A DNA stretch of 64,000 nucleotides, taken from positions 36,580,001 to 36,644,000 of the forward strand of contig CM022670.1 of the NCBI GenBank assembly GCA_012295275.1. Direction: 5' to 3'. Below are positions 1 through 13,700 of this stretch, one piece after another. The notes below the pieces were generated by a model. The model saw only the letters and a list, made by a program, of their open reading frames with translations. It was not told where the DNA came from and did not search any database. The DNA is from Chrysomallon squamiferum (lineage: Eukaryota > Animalia > Mollusca). The position numbers and the translations under genes are program-made. How positions within the stretch are numbered: position 1 is the stretch's first letter; the number at the start of each line of letters is the position of its first letter.

Positions 1-191
1 CACACACACATACATACATGCACAAACAAAAACACTGGTATATCGCAGACATTTCTTCTGATAATACGACTCAGTTAGAATAAGCATTAAATATTAGTAA
101 GCTTTGTTAGTATTTCCAGAATATTTCCTGACACAGCTTTTCTGGAATACGGAACTTTTGTTGATTATACTGAGAAAAAAAAAAGAAGAAA

Positions 192-228
<37 letters not shown>

Positions 229-322
229 TTGATAGTATTTAGCATTTTTATTACCTCCATTATTTTATATTTACCTTTTTCTGGAAGATAATACACTTTT
301 TCACTTTATTTTATTGTTTCAG

Positions 323-1104
323 ATTCAAGTTTATATTCTTTCACTGTTGTCACATCACTCATAGACATAGGACGTGGAAACTGGAGCGCTCAGAAAAGAA
401 CATACAATGACTATCTGATGTTTATGTCTCAGCTGTTAAAACTTGACGTCAACCTCGTTGTGTTCATAGAGACCAAGGGACGACCTTTTGTCAAGTGGAT
501 GAGGCGAGGAAGGGAGAACAGGACGTTAATTTTACCAATCCAGCTGCGAGATCTTCCTTACTACAAACACAGAGCAAGAATGGAGGCCATTATGAAGAGT
601 CCGGAATACAAACGAGACAACGAACTGCTGTCTAATGGCGACCATTGCGAGGCAACAGTTCCAGAATATGATATTGTCCAGCTTTCAAAAATTCATTTAG
701 TCCAGGAGGCAATCCGCCTCAACCCTTTTAATTCGACTTATTTTTTCTGGATTGATGGTGGATACGGCCATGGAAAGGCAGACGTCTATCCGTCAGACGG
801 TATTTGGAAACCAGCGATCAAATATCACGATAAAGTAATGTTATTACAGCTAAATTCCATAGATGAATGGGAACATGTAGATGATCTTCACAAGAAAAAC
901 ATCAATGTTTTGGCTGGGGGAGTTTTCGGTGGAGGAATACGCGTTCTCGTGAGTTATAAAGAACAGCATGTAAAACTCATAGAGGAATGGATGAAGAAAG
1001 GAATTATCGATGACGACCAAACCGCAAATATGCAGCTGTATTTCCAAAACAGATCTATGTTTCATTTAGTTCGATGTGGGTGGTTTGACTTGTTCAAATT
1101 ATGA
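323..1104 (+). CDS. HtrL/YibB-family (WlaTC/HtrL-type putative glycosyltransferase) gene copy 1, last coding exon; upstream exon lies outside the window
   Basis: Acceptor ttattgtttcAG at 321-322 (phase 1). The frame reads SSLYSFTVVTSLIDIGRGNWSAQKRTYNDYL into ORF 418-1104. Motifs VVTSLIDIGRG.W, NPFNSTYFFWIDGG, LAGGVFGG and DDDQT are typical of the HtrL/YibB family. Confidence 0.8.
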
Positions 1105-1216
1105 AACCAACAACAAAAAAACAAAAAACCTTTTTGATCCAGTAGTTACTGTCAGTCAGTCAATGCACAATCAATTTAGAGAGTACTACTGATACTACAA
1201 ATTTATCAAAGTGGTT

Positions 1217-1248
1217 TTCTCAGAAGTCACGTTTAAAATCATTTACAA

Positions 1249-1284
<36 letters not shown>

Positions 1285-1748
1285 GGTGTGTTTGCCAATC
1301 ACTTCAATAAGCCATGTTACTGCATAATTGTATCTTTAAAAGTCACGTTTTTCTCTTCATGAACAATCTCCATCTAAGGTCGTAGTTATGTTTTGAAGTA
1401 TCGTTAATACTGTAGTATCTAGCCCCTGGCACGTAAGTGAAACAAAACAAATAAAAGAAAATAAATAAAAAGAAAGAAAGAACAAAAAATATCCTTAAAA
1501 ATATGAAACTTAGCTGCTATCATTTGATAGGACTGAAACATTGAATATGTTGAGATGCATTTGGTTCTCATATTTCGTATTTTTCTAGAATGAAATTCAA
1601 TTCATTTTGCAAGTTATATCTTTCACAATATGGTTTGGGCCTCTTTTCAGATATCAAAGTTCCAACCGGTTTCACATTTGAAAAATAAATAAAAAAGATT
1701 GATGCTGACAGCGACAACAACAAAAACACACCCAATCACACACACACA

Positions 1749-1800
<52 letters not shown>

Positions 1801-3408
1801 AAAAGAACAAACCATCAATAATAGAAATACACAATAAACGTTTAAAATAACTTTGAAAAATATATTAGTTTTAATAAGCTTACGATTTCATTTTTTAAGT
1901 TAGAACAACAGAATGACGATAACCATTCTAATAGTTGAAAAATGTTCACAAAAACAGTAAAAACAACGACTACAACGACAACAAACAAATTAAATAATAA
2001 AGTTGCAGCAGTACATAATGTTATTTACTGAATTATATTTAAAACTATTTAAAACACGACTATATCCCATAAAGGTTCAAGTCTGGGAAGTCAACAGAAA
2101 ATACGATCAGCGTGATGAAGAATTAATTTCGTTTTCCCAACTAGATTTGGTTGGGAATACGACCCGTAATCTGCGAATTGTAATATAGATGTTTTGACGA
2201 TTGTGCCAAATGATTAAGAGTAAATGAATATGCTTACACTTTTGGTTGCTCTAGTGCATACCCAACAACATTAAACAAATTAATCTGCAAATATTTAGCT
2301 CGTGTATTTATAAAAGAAAGAAAAAAAAGAAAAAAGAAAAAAAAAAGAAGATATTTTTATGAATTCAGCGCGCAGACATAGCTTAAAATAAACACCTCTA
2401 TTCATTCAGTAGTCACTCAGTTTCCGGCGGGTCACCGAATGTTAAATATACTTAGAACAATAAATATTATTTTCATTTACTCTAACATTCGTTTGTTATC
2501 GCTATAATCATACAGCTTTGTGAATATTTTTATGTTCTGCTTCAGTGAGCAGCAATGTCTGCTTGGGCGAAATAAAACTTTTCGTTTTTACCAGACAGAC
2601 ATGATCAAACTTGTCTTTGCCATAACTATTTCTTTCATAACTAAGGTGTATCTCATTTTATTTATAACTAAAGTGTTTTTTATGATCTATAAGACTTTTC
2701 CCCCTGAACGTGACCTCCCTATTTTTATTTTATTTTATTTATTTATTTATTTATTATTATTTATTTTTTTATGTACATCATCTCGAATTGTACATTAATG
2801 ACGAAAGAACAAACAACATGCAGATATTCAGAAATCCAGTAAGGGCTTAAACTGCAAAGTTACCATATCAGGTATTGTTTTCTGCATGGTCCGAACTCTA
2901 GGAAAGGTGTTTTGATAAAAAGTACCAATCGAAATTATATAAAGTATAACTTTTATACGTAATGCGACTGACTTTTCAGTTTTTTTAAAGTTTCACAACT
3001 CAGTATAATTATATGCAATAAAGAGTTACTTCCCATTGCGCTTTTCTTCTCTTTTGGAATTAAAGACGTATGCTTGAGTGATTCGTAACAAAAATTAAAT
3101 TACTGAGTTCCGTTGTCAAAAAGGATCAAATTCAAACTGTGAACACGCACACAATAAAGTAAAAATAAATTACAAAATTAAAAATAATTCATCTGACGTT
3201 TATATAATATTGTTTAAAGATAATGTTATAGACAAATCATCCAAATTCTGTCTTTATAAAATTTACAAGACAGCGTATCAATATTAAGGAGATAAACATT
3301 TTCTAATGATTGTTGCACAATGCTTTTCTGTCTGATGAATTATTTGCTGTAATCAAACAAACGGTGGATTTCGTTCCTTAATGATTATCAAAATAATAAC
3401 TAAATACA
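1217..3408 (+). repeat. ~2.2-kb spacer segment; same orientation at ~15893-18075, reverse-complement at ~6977-9284 and ~21608-24060
   Basis: For example, 3301-3400 (ttctaatgattgttgcacaatgcttttctgtctgatgaattatttg) is the reverse complement of ~6990-7085. 1220-1250 is the reverse complement of ~9255-9284. Confidence 0.9.
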
Positions 3409-3578
3409 AAAGTTCCTTTTATAACTGAGTGATTTCGCCGGATTTTTAAAATGAAATTGGAATATGTAAGGGAGAATATGTTCGTATCAACACAGTTTTG
3501 CATAAACGCTAAACAAACAATAATAATATATAGCAAAAGGAACCTCGGGATAACTTTTTTATTTTTATTTTTATTCTT

Positions 3579-3618
<40 letters not shown>

Positions 3619-4249
3619 TATTTTATTATTAGTATTTTTTATTAAGCTAAAGCATGAGACGTTTAAACTATTAAACATATAAAATATTACCGCTGTAATG
3701 TATGACTATAGCGATACATAAGAGTTATTTATAGGAAAGTGGCATCAATGAACAGTTTCTGTTAACGACAGATATATGATTTAAAAAAAAAAAAATCCAA
3801 CTAGAATCTACGATGCACGACGAGAAAGTGATAATGTACGATAACTATAGCATAATTATTTTTTCTAAACTACGAGTGTACTGACAATTATTACAAGAGT
3901 CTGTTGATGTTCGTCTGAAACCTTGGAAACGGCCGAAAAGTCCGACGGTCATCAAAGCGTGACAATTGTATTCTTTAGAAATCTCTCAACTGGTAGCGAT
4001 TCAGCATTTCCACGTCGCACCGATTTAACCAAATCTTTCATAGCGTTTCCACGTGATATTTGATGGTTTTCTGAAGACCAGGTGATCGATCAACATCCAC
4101 ACAGGCCGTAAAAAATCCAAAACAAAATAAAACAACAGTGATATAAAATAAAAAGTGCTGTGCTAACACGGCGAGTTTATTCGGGTATCTGTAAATTGAC
4201 ATACCTACACGTATTTGTTTTCAAGCGGGTGGGAAGAAGGATCTTCAGA

Positions 4250-6843
4250 ATGATTTCGTTTAACCGTTCACGTTTCACTTTGACCACGAAAGTGATGTTC
4301 ATGGTCGGGATTGTGTTTGTTTTAGTTACAGCTCTTTACTCGAACAATATTTACCATCGTTTATGTTGCTGTAGTACTTTTGGTTTAAGAATCTATTCTT
4401 ATCGTTTTTAATTGGATGTAGTATTATTTGTTCGTTTTATAAAATTTTGTTCAAATCAACTTCTCGGCTCGTCTTGACTGCTACTACCTCTGCTGCTGCC
4501 ACTACTATTACTAATGCAACTACCATCTCTATTTGTTGTTATAATACTTCTACTCCCACTATTACAGTAGTTACTAAGTCTACTGCTTCTCTCCATTCTA
4601 TTGCTACTACTGTTACTGATGTTGCTGCTACTTCAACTATTCAGCAACAGCTATTACCATTAGTGAATCTAAAATAATATTAGAATTGTAAATATATACA
4701 GGAAACGACCTAGTGGTTAGTTCAGCCTTGAAGTAACCACAGAAAACACTTTGACAATTCAGTAACAATACTCTATAGAACATTTATTTTTGAACCTCCA
4801 GGATCTAAATGGCTAATAGTCCTACTATTACAACTGTTAATTTGATTATTATCCTAAAGTAACAACAGTTATTAAGTCTGTTACACTCCTCCTACTACTA
4901 CTGTTATTAACTCTATTACAGTCCTACTTTATTGTCTGTTACAATCCTCCTACTACTACTATTGTTATTGTATGTTACAATCCTACTACTACTATTACTG
5001 TTATTAAGTATATTACAATCCTGCTCTGACTACTGTTATTAAGTATATTATAGTCCTCCTATCAATGTTATTAAGTCTATTACAATCGTGCTACTACTAC
5101 TGTTATTAAGTCTATTACAATCCTCCTACTACTACTTATCTTAACTCTATTACAATCCTTCTACTACTGTTATTGAGTCTATTACAATCCTCCTACTACT
5201 GTTACTAACTCTATTACAGTCCTCCTACTACTGTTATTAAGTATATTACAATCCTCCTACTACTACTGATCTTAAGTCTATTACAGTCCTTCTACTGTTG
5301 TGAAGTCTATTACAATCCTACTACTACTATTGTTATTGTATGGTACAATCCTCCTACAACTACAGTTATTAAGTCTATTAGAATCCTTCTACTCTTATTA
5401 AGTCTATTACAATCTCACTGTGATTGTTTTCGTGGTGTTTCTTTATGGATATTTTATTTATTTATCTTTCTGGTGATAAATTCAGACTATTTATACACAT
5501 CCATATTAAATTTTAAAATGGAATGTAATTCATCTTATCTCTCATTTTGCATATTAGTTACATTCGATTTTGAATTGTATTTTCACTGAATGTTACTGTT
5601 TAGCTAATAAGACTTGTATTTGATAATTAGTTTATACTAAAGCTATCACAGAAATACGGTGTACGGTAAGATAATATTACTTGCATAAAATATTTAAAAT
5701 AATGTAATCCGATTATACATGTATATTGAATAATGTCTTATAATTATGAGTGTGTGTGTGCCTATGTATGTATGTGTAAGTATGGATGTACGTGTGTGTG
5801 TGTGTGTGGTCTTCGGATTTATTTTCTTTATCTTCAACACAACATTCAAGAGTTAAAAACCAGAATAGGACCTTGATTAACAGAATAACAAAGGTGTCTA
5901 TGAATGCCAGTTCATTTAACTGCATATGTTTTAAATTAATAAGATTGATTGGTATTTATATTGTAACACTGTAAATTTAATGATTTTAATAATATAATAT
6001 TGTAAAACTGCAGTTGTGATAATTTTAATATTTCTAATGTAACACTGTAATTTTAATAATGTTAATCTTTTGAATATTATAATATTGTAAAAAAAAATTT
6101 GATTTTTTCTTAATTTTAATACTTTTAATATCATAATATTGCAACACTGTAATTTTACTATAATTTTATAACAGTGTATGTTTATTAAATTGAATGTTAT
6201 AGTTTTTAGAAAATCACAAAAATTATTTACTTATTTATTTATTTATTTCAGGTTCCTATACTTTCACTGTTGTCACATCACTCATAGACATAGGACGTGG
6301 AAACTGGAGCGCTCAGAAAAGAACATACAATGACTATCTGATGTTTATGTCTCATCTGTTAAAACTTGACGTCAACCTCGTTGTGTTCATAGAGACCAAG
6401 GGACGACCATTTGTCGAGTGGATGAGGCGAGGAAGGGAGAACAGGACGTTAATTTTACCAATCCAGCTGCGAGATCTTCCTTACTATAAACACAGAGCAA
6501 GAATGGAGGCCATTATGAAAACGTCTATCCGTCAGATGGTATTTGGAAACCAGCGATCAAATATCACGATAAAGTAATGTTCTTACAGCTAAATTCCATA
6601 GATGAATGGGAACATGTAGACGATATTCACAAGAAAAACATCAATGTTTTGGCTGGGGGAGTTTTCGGTGGAGGAATACGCGTTCTCATGAGTTATGAAG
6701 AACAGCATGTAAAACTCATAGAGGAATGGATGAAGAAAGGAATTATCGATGATGACCAAACCGCAAATATGCAGCTGTACTTCCAAAACAGATCTATGTT
6801 TCAATTAGTTCGATGTGGGTGGTTTGACTTGTTCAAATTATGA
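4250..6843 (+). pseudogene. HtrL/YibB-family copy 2, pseudogene (exon 1 remnant ~4250-4360, exon 2 6252-6843)
   Basis: Exon 1 lacks the 3' end and GT donor present in copy 3. Exon 2 carries a net 184-nt deletion (ATG-to-stop 503 nt vs 687 nt) that removes the NPFNSTYFFWIDGG block and shifts the frame. Confidence 0.85.
4820..5415. repeat. Intronic minisatellite, ~30-35-bp unit like CTACTACTACTGTTATTAAGTCTATTACAATCCTC
   Basis: Degenerate head-to-tail repeats with no unique spacers. Confidence 0.85.
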
Positions 6844-6976
6844 AAAAAAACAAAAAAAACAACAACAACAAAAAAAACAAAAAACCTTTTTGATCCAGTA
6901 GTTACTGTCAGTGAATTAATGCACAATCAATATAGAGAGTATTCCTGATACTACAAATTTATCGCAGTGGTTATAA

Positions 6977-8687
6977 TGTATTTAATTATTATTTTTTAGT
7001 CATTAAGGAATGAAATCCACCGTTTGTATTATTACATCAAATAATTCATCAGACAGAAAAGCATTGTGCAACAATCATTAGAAAATGATTTCTAAAATAT
7101 TTATCTCCTTAATATTGATACGCTGTCTTGTACATTTTATAAAAACAGAATTTTAATGATTTGTCTATAACATTATCTTTAAACAATATTATATAAATGA
7201 ATTATTTTTAATTTTGTAATTTCTTTTTACTTTATTATTGTGCGTGTTCACAGTTTGAATTTGATCCTTTTTGACAATGGAACTCACTAATTTAATTTTT
7301 GTTACGAATCACTCAACCATACGTCTTTAATTCCAAAAAGAAGAAGAAAACCGCAATGGGAAGTAACTCTTTATTGCATATAATTATACTGAGTTGTGAA
7401 ACTTTAAAAAAACTGAAAAGTCAGTCGCGTTACGTATAAAAGTTATCCTTTACGTAATCTCGACTGGTACTTCTTATCAAAACATCTTTCCTAGAGTTCG
7501 GACCCTGCAGGAAACAATACCTGACATGATAACTTTGCAGTTGAAGCCCTTACAGAATTTCTGAATAACTGCATGTTCTTTGTTCTTTCGTCATTAACGT
7601 ACAGTTCGAGATGATGTATATAAAAAAAATAATAATAATAAATAAATAAATAAATGAAATAAAATAAAAATAGAAACGTCACGTTTATGTTATAAAATCA
7701 ACTAGATATCTAAAATATAGTTAAAATAGTTGTATCAGAGGGGGGAAAAGTCTTATAGATCATTAAAAAAAATTTAGTTATAAATAAAATGAGATACAAC
7801 TTAGTTCTGAAAGAAATAGTTGTGCCAAAGACAAGTTTGATCATGTTTGTCTAGTGCTTCAATACCATTAAGATTAGTCGTGCATTTTCAACTAATAATT
7901 AACAGTAATAACGAAAAAAGATAAGTTTTATTTCGCCCAAGCAGACATTGCTGCTGACTGAAGCAGAACATAAAAATATTCACAAAGCTGTATGATTATA
8001 GCGATAACAAACGAATGTTAGAGTAAATTTAAATAATATTTATTGTTCTAAGTATATTTAACATTCGGTGACCCGTCGGAAACTGAGTGACTACTGAATG
8101 AATAGCTGTTTATTTTAAGCAATGTCTGCGCGCTGAATTCATAAAAATACCTCTTTTTTTTCTTTTTTTAAAAATAAATACACGAGCTAAATATTTGCAG
8201 ATTAATTTATTTATTGTTGTTGGTTATGCACAGGAGCAACCAAAAGTGTAAGCATATTCATTTACTCTTAATAATTTGGCAGGATCGTCAAAACATCTGT
8301 ATTACAATTCGCAGATTTTGGATCGTTTTCCAAACCAAATCAAGGTGGGAAAACGAAATTAATTCTTCCTCACACTGATCGTATTTTCAGTTGACTTCCC
8401 AGACTTGAACCTTTATGGGATATAGTCGTGTTTTAAATAGTTTTAAATATAATTCAGTAAATAACATTATGTACTGCTGCACCTTTATTATTTAATTTGT
8501 TTGTTGTCGTTGTAGTCGTTGTTTTTATTGTTTTCGTGAACATTTTTCAAATATTAGAATGGTTATCGTCATTCTGTTGTTCTAACTTAAAAAATGAAAT
8601 CGTAAGCTTATTAAAACTAATATATTTTTTCAAAGTTATTTTAAAAGATTATTGTACATTTCTATTATTGGTGGTTTGTTCTTTTTT

Positions 8688-8736
<49 letters not shown>

Positions 8737-9184
8737 CTGTGATTGGGTGTTTTGGTTGTTGTTGTTATCAGCATCAATGGTTTTTTTAATTATTCAAATG
8801 TAAAGCCGGTTGGATCTTTGATATCTGAAAAGAGGCCCAAACCATATTGTGAAAGATATAACTTGCAAAATGAATTGAATTTCAGTCTAGAAAAATACGA
8901 AATATGCGATCCAAATGCATCTCAACACATTCAATGTTTCAGTCCTATCAAATGATAGCATCTAAGTTTCATATTTTTCGGGGTTTTCTGTTCTTTCTTT
9001 CTTTTTCTTTTTCTTTTCTTTTATATGTTTGTTTCACTTACGTGCCAGAACCACGGGCTAGATATTACAGTATTAACGATACTTCAAAACATAACTACGA
9101 CCTTAGACGGAGATTGTTCATGAAGAGAAAAACGTGACTTTGAAAGATAAAATTATGCAGTAACATGGCTGATTGAAGTGATTG

Positions 9185-9225
<41 letters not shown>

Positions 9226-9284
9226 AACACACACACACACAATCACACACACAGATTGTAAATGTTTTTAAACGTGTCTTCTGA
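6977..9284 (-). repeat. Inverted copy of the 1217-3408 spacer segment
   Basis: Reverse-complement match along its length, including the CA/TG microsatellites. Confidence 0.9.
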
Positions 9285-9409
9285 CAAGTGTTTGTAAATT
9301 CAAAAATCCCTTTAAATTTATGGAGGTTCTCATTATTCCTTACTTATACGTAACATTTTATAACTGAACGATATCGCAGAATTTAAAAAAATAAAATTGT
9401 GTAAGGGGG

Positions 9410-10520
9410 AATATGTTCGTACCAACACAGTTATGTATAAAAGCTAAACAAACAATAATAATATATAGCAAATGGAAACTCGGGATAATTTTTTTAATTT
9501 TTATTTTTATGTATTTATTTATTTATTTATTTATTTATATTTATATTTATATTTTATTAGTAGTAGTATTAAGCATGACACGTTTAAACTATTAAACATA
9601 TAAAATATTACCGCTTTAATTTATGACTTATATAGCGATACATAAGAGTTATTTATAGGAAAGTGGCATCGATGAACACTTTCTGTTAACGACAGATATA
9701 TGATTTAAAAAGAAAATCCAACTAGAATCTACGATGCACGACGAGAAAGTGATAATGTACGAAAACTATAGCATAATTATCTTTTCTAAACTACGAGTGT
9801 ACTGACAATTATCATAAGAGTCCGTTGATGTTTTTCTGAAACCTTGGAAACGGCCGAAAAGTCCGACGGTCAACAAAGCGTGACAATTGTATTCTTTAGA
9901 AATCTCTCAACTGGTAGCGATTCAGTATTTCTACATATGTTAGTACCAACACAGTTATGTATAAAAGCTAAACAAACAACAATAATATACACCAAATGGG
10001 AACTCGGGATAAAACATTTTTTTTGTTTTATTTGTTTTTGTGTATTTATTTATTTATCTATAATTATATTTTATTCGTAGTAGTATTAAGCTGAAGCATG
10101 AGACCTTTAAACTGTTATATAATATTTATAAAATATTACCGCTTGAACCTTGAATCCTGAAAAAAAATTTAACCTGCTAATCAAAGCAATCTGTTGTGAA
10201 GCACACTCATATATTTCCGCTTTAATTTATGACATGAGAGTTATTTATAGCAAAGGGGTATCAATGAACAGTTTCTGTTAAAGACAGATATATAATTTAA
10301 AAAAAATATATCAAACGATGCACGACGAGAAAGTGATAATGTACGAAAACTATAGCATAATTATCTTTTCTAAACTACGAGTGTACTGACAATTATCATA
10401 AGAGTCCGTTGATGTTTTTCTGAAACCTTGGAAACGGCCGAAAAGTCAGATGGTCATCAAAGCGTGACAATTGTATTCTTTAGAAATCTCTCAACTGGTA
10501 GCGATTCAGCATTTCTACAT
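9410..10520 (+). repeat. Local tandem duplication (~530-590 bp units) upstream of HtrL copy 3
   Basis: The block atatgtt.gtaccaacacagttatgtataaaagctaaac ... aatctctcaactggtagcgattcag occurs twice (9411-9925 and 9935-10509). Confidence 0.8.
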
Positions 10521-10710
10521 TTAACCAAATCTTTCAGACAGATCTTTCATATCGTGTACACGTGATATTTGATGGTTTTCCGAAGACCAGGTGATCGATC
10601 AACATCCACACGGCCGGTAAAAAATAAAAAACAGCAAGATAAAAAAAAAAAAAGTGCTGTAAATGCACATACCTACACGTGTTTGTTTTTCAAGCGGGGG
10701 GGACAGAAGG

Positions 10711-13700
10711 ATGTTCAGAATGATTTCGTTTAACCGTTCAACTTTCACTTTGACCACGAAAGTGATGTTCATGGTCGGGATTGTGTTTGTTTTAGCTGCA
10801 GCTCTTTACTTGAACAATATTTACCATCGTTTTTCATACTGGTCTGCCTACAGTACCCCATTCCTCTGGGATGGTTTTGGACCTGAAAGAGGTTAGTATT
10901 TGTTTTGGGGATGATGATTATTATTATTATTATTATTATTATAATTATTATTATTAACAGTTGATTTTGCTGTAGTAGTTTTCTTTTGGTTGTAGTCGTT
11001 TCGTGTAAGAAGTATCATGTTTTAAGAATCTATTCTTATTCTTTTTAATTTGCATGTTGCATAATTTGTTCGTTTTAGAAAATTTAATTCAAATTAATCT
11101 CTCGGCTCGTCTTGACTACTACTGCCACTGCTGCTACCACTACTATTACTAATGCAACTACTATCACTATTTGTTGTTATAATACTGCTACTCCTACTAT
11201 TACAGTTGTTAATAAGTCTACTGCTTCTCTCAGTTCTATTGCTACTACTGTTACTGCTGTTGCTGCTACTTCAACTATTCTGCAACAGCTATTACCATTA
11301 GTGAATCTAAAATAATATTAGAATTGTAAATATATACAGGAAACTATCTAGCATAAATATTAGTGCTTATAAATTTCCTTTCATGAATGTCATTCTGTTA
11401 CAAAAATAATTCTAAAACCGCGACTAAACCTCTTTCCTTTGCTTTCTTATGTATAATTTTTAATGGAAGTCTGTTATGGCATTGCTATGAATCATTGATT
11501 TTAATGAGATCTAGAGATCGTAAGTGGTTAGTTTAGCCTTGAAGTAACCACTGAAAACACTATAACAATTCAGTAAAAATACCCTATAGAAAAATTATTT
11601 TGAATCTCCAGGATCTAAATGGCTAACAGTCCTACTATTACAACTGTTAATTTGATTACTATCCTACAGTAACTACAGTTATTAAGTCTATTACAATCCT
11701 CCTACTACTACTGTTATTAACTCTATTACAGTCCTATTACTTTATTGTATGTTACAATCCTCCTACTACTACTGTTATTAAGTATATTACAGTCCTTCTA
11801 CCAATGTTATTAAGTCTATTACAATCCTCCTACTACTACTGTTATTAATTCTAATACAATCCTCCTACTACTGTTATTAAGTATACTATAATCCTTCTAC
11901 TGTTGTTAAGTCTATTACAATCCTACTGCAACTATTTTTATTGTATGCTACAATCCTCCTACAACTAGTTATTAAGTCTATTAGAATCATACTACTACTA
12001 CTACTACTACTGTTACTAACTCTGTTAAAATCCTCCTACTACTACTATTGTTATTGTATGTTACAATCCCACTACTACTACTGTTATTAAGTATATTACA
12101 ATCCTGCTATGACTACTGTTATTAAGTATATTACTGTCCTCCTACAACTACTATTATTGCTATTACATTTTAATTTTACCTACATTTTCATGTTATCTGT
12201 TATCTTAATGTTTATTTTTATGTCTATGTGTGTTTATGCATATGCACACAAATGTGTCAGTATGTTGTGTGTAAGTAAACCTAAAGTTTACATGATTTAA
12301 GTTTATACATTTATATTTTTAATGTGCTCAGTACTTCTGCTTCTACAGAAAAAGCAAAAAAGCAAAAAAAAAAAAAGCAAAAAGATATAATACAATTACT
12401 GCAATGATCAAGGATGTTTATTACTGTTGTAATTCAATATTCTAATGGTCCCATTTTTGTTGTCATTCATTGTTAGCATTCTTTTCACACTGACACAGTG
12501 CTAGTTTGTTGTCCTATTAATCCTTAGTTCTCCCCTGCTCAAGATTACTGTCAGTCACCGTAATGATCTTTGGGAAAAAAGCATGATTACTTTATCTAAA
12601 TCATCTGTATTTCTTATCCTTGTTGCCAAGAGACACTGCATACTTGACTGCACTGTGCATTCTGACTATAAACCCACTGTAGTTTTGATTTTTAACTGTT
12701 TCAACTGTACTTGCTCCTTGAAAGACAATAAAAATGTATCTGCTGAATATTATTCAAAAATAGCAAATCACTTATTTTATCATTGTGTTTATATTATAAT
12801 TTTTTTGTTTCCATATATGGTGTGTCTGAGCTGCTCATAATGCTTCAGGTATGTGTTCATTACATGTTAGGTTATCAGATGTGTTAGAGTTTTTTGTCTA
12901 GTCATTTTGAAGATCTTTGAGAAAATGAATTTCTTTTGTTTGTCTGTCTGTTTATTTATTTATTTAATTATTTAATTATTACTTCATTAATTAATTTGTT
13001 TATTTTATTTTATTTATTTAGTTTGTTTATTAATTAATTAATTTATTTATTTATTTAATTAATTATTTGTTCATTAATTATTTATTTACTTATTTATTTG
13101 TTTATTTTATTAATTAATTAATTAATTAATTTGTTTGTTTAGTTTATTAATTTATTTATTTATTTACTTATTTATTTGTTCATTAATTAATCAATTTATT
13201 TATTTGTTTGTTTGTTTACTTGTTCATTTATTTATGTGTTTAATTGTTCATTCATTATTAATTAATTTGTTTATTTATTTATTTGCTAAACAGATTCATT
13301 CCTTTTTTTTAAGCATATCATTGGCAATGGAGAACATATTAATAAAATGAAATACATGCAAAAATGAATTGGTATGAAACTTAATTTTTTTATTCCATAT
13401 TCAACTTTCAGAAGTATATTTACCCTTTCACCATATTTAGGGAATCAGAGAAGGGAAAATTTAAAAATATTGTTCTTAATATATTTATATCATTAGCTTA
13501 TGGGCAACTAAGGATAAACAGACAGAGATAAACCAGAATATGTACAAATCCTGAATCAAACAATTTACCCCCTAGGTATGAGAAAAATTACTCCCTATAG
13601 AAACGTGTGTGTGTGTGTGCGTGTGTGTGTGTGTTTATGCATGTGTGTGTGTGTTTATGTATGTATGTGTGAATGTGTCGGGGGTATGTATATATAAACA

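Larger units (their letters stand above)
335..6960 (+). repeat. Segmental duplication unit, near-identical to ~15010-21600 (offset ~14.67 kb)
   Basis: Matching ORF pairs 418/15093, 2003/16663, 2520/17187 and 4447/19110, with colinear non-coding sequence. Confidence 0.9.

Noticed and set aside
850-1065. Antisense ORFs inside HtrL and coiled-coil exons (also 6589, 15525, 21248, 37801, 48317)
   Set aside because: They are shadows of the + strand coding sequence.
418-1104. Bacterial contaminant explanation for the HtrL-like ORFs
   Set aside because: The genes have spliceosomal introns in matching phase and sit among microsatellites and animal-type sequence.
4447-4677. Thr/Ala-rich mucin-like ORF (also 11112-11315 and 19110-19340) as a stem exon of the HtrL gene
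   Set aside because: It has a TTG start, ends in a stop with no convincing donor, and derives from (ACT/GCT)n-like low-complexity intron sequence. Exon 1 and exon 2 already join in frame without it.
4820-5415. CRISPR-like periodicity of ~35 bp
   Set aside because: The units are contiguous and degenerate with no unique spacers, lie inside a eukaryotic intron, and have no cas genes nearby; this is a minisatellite.
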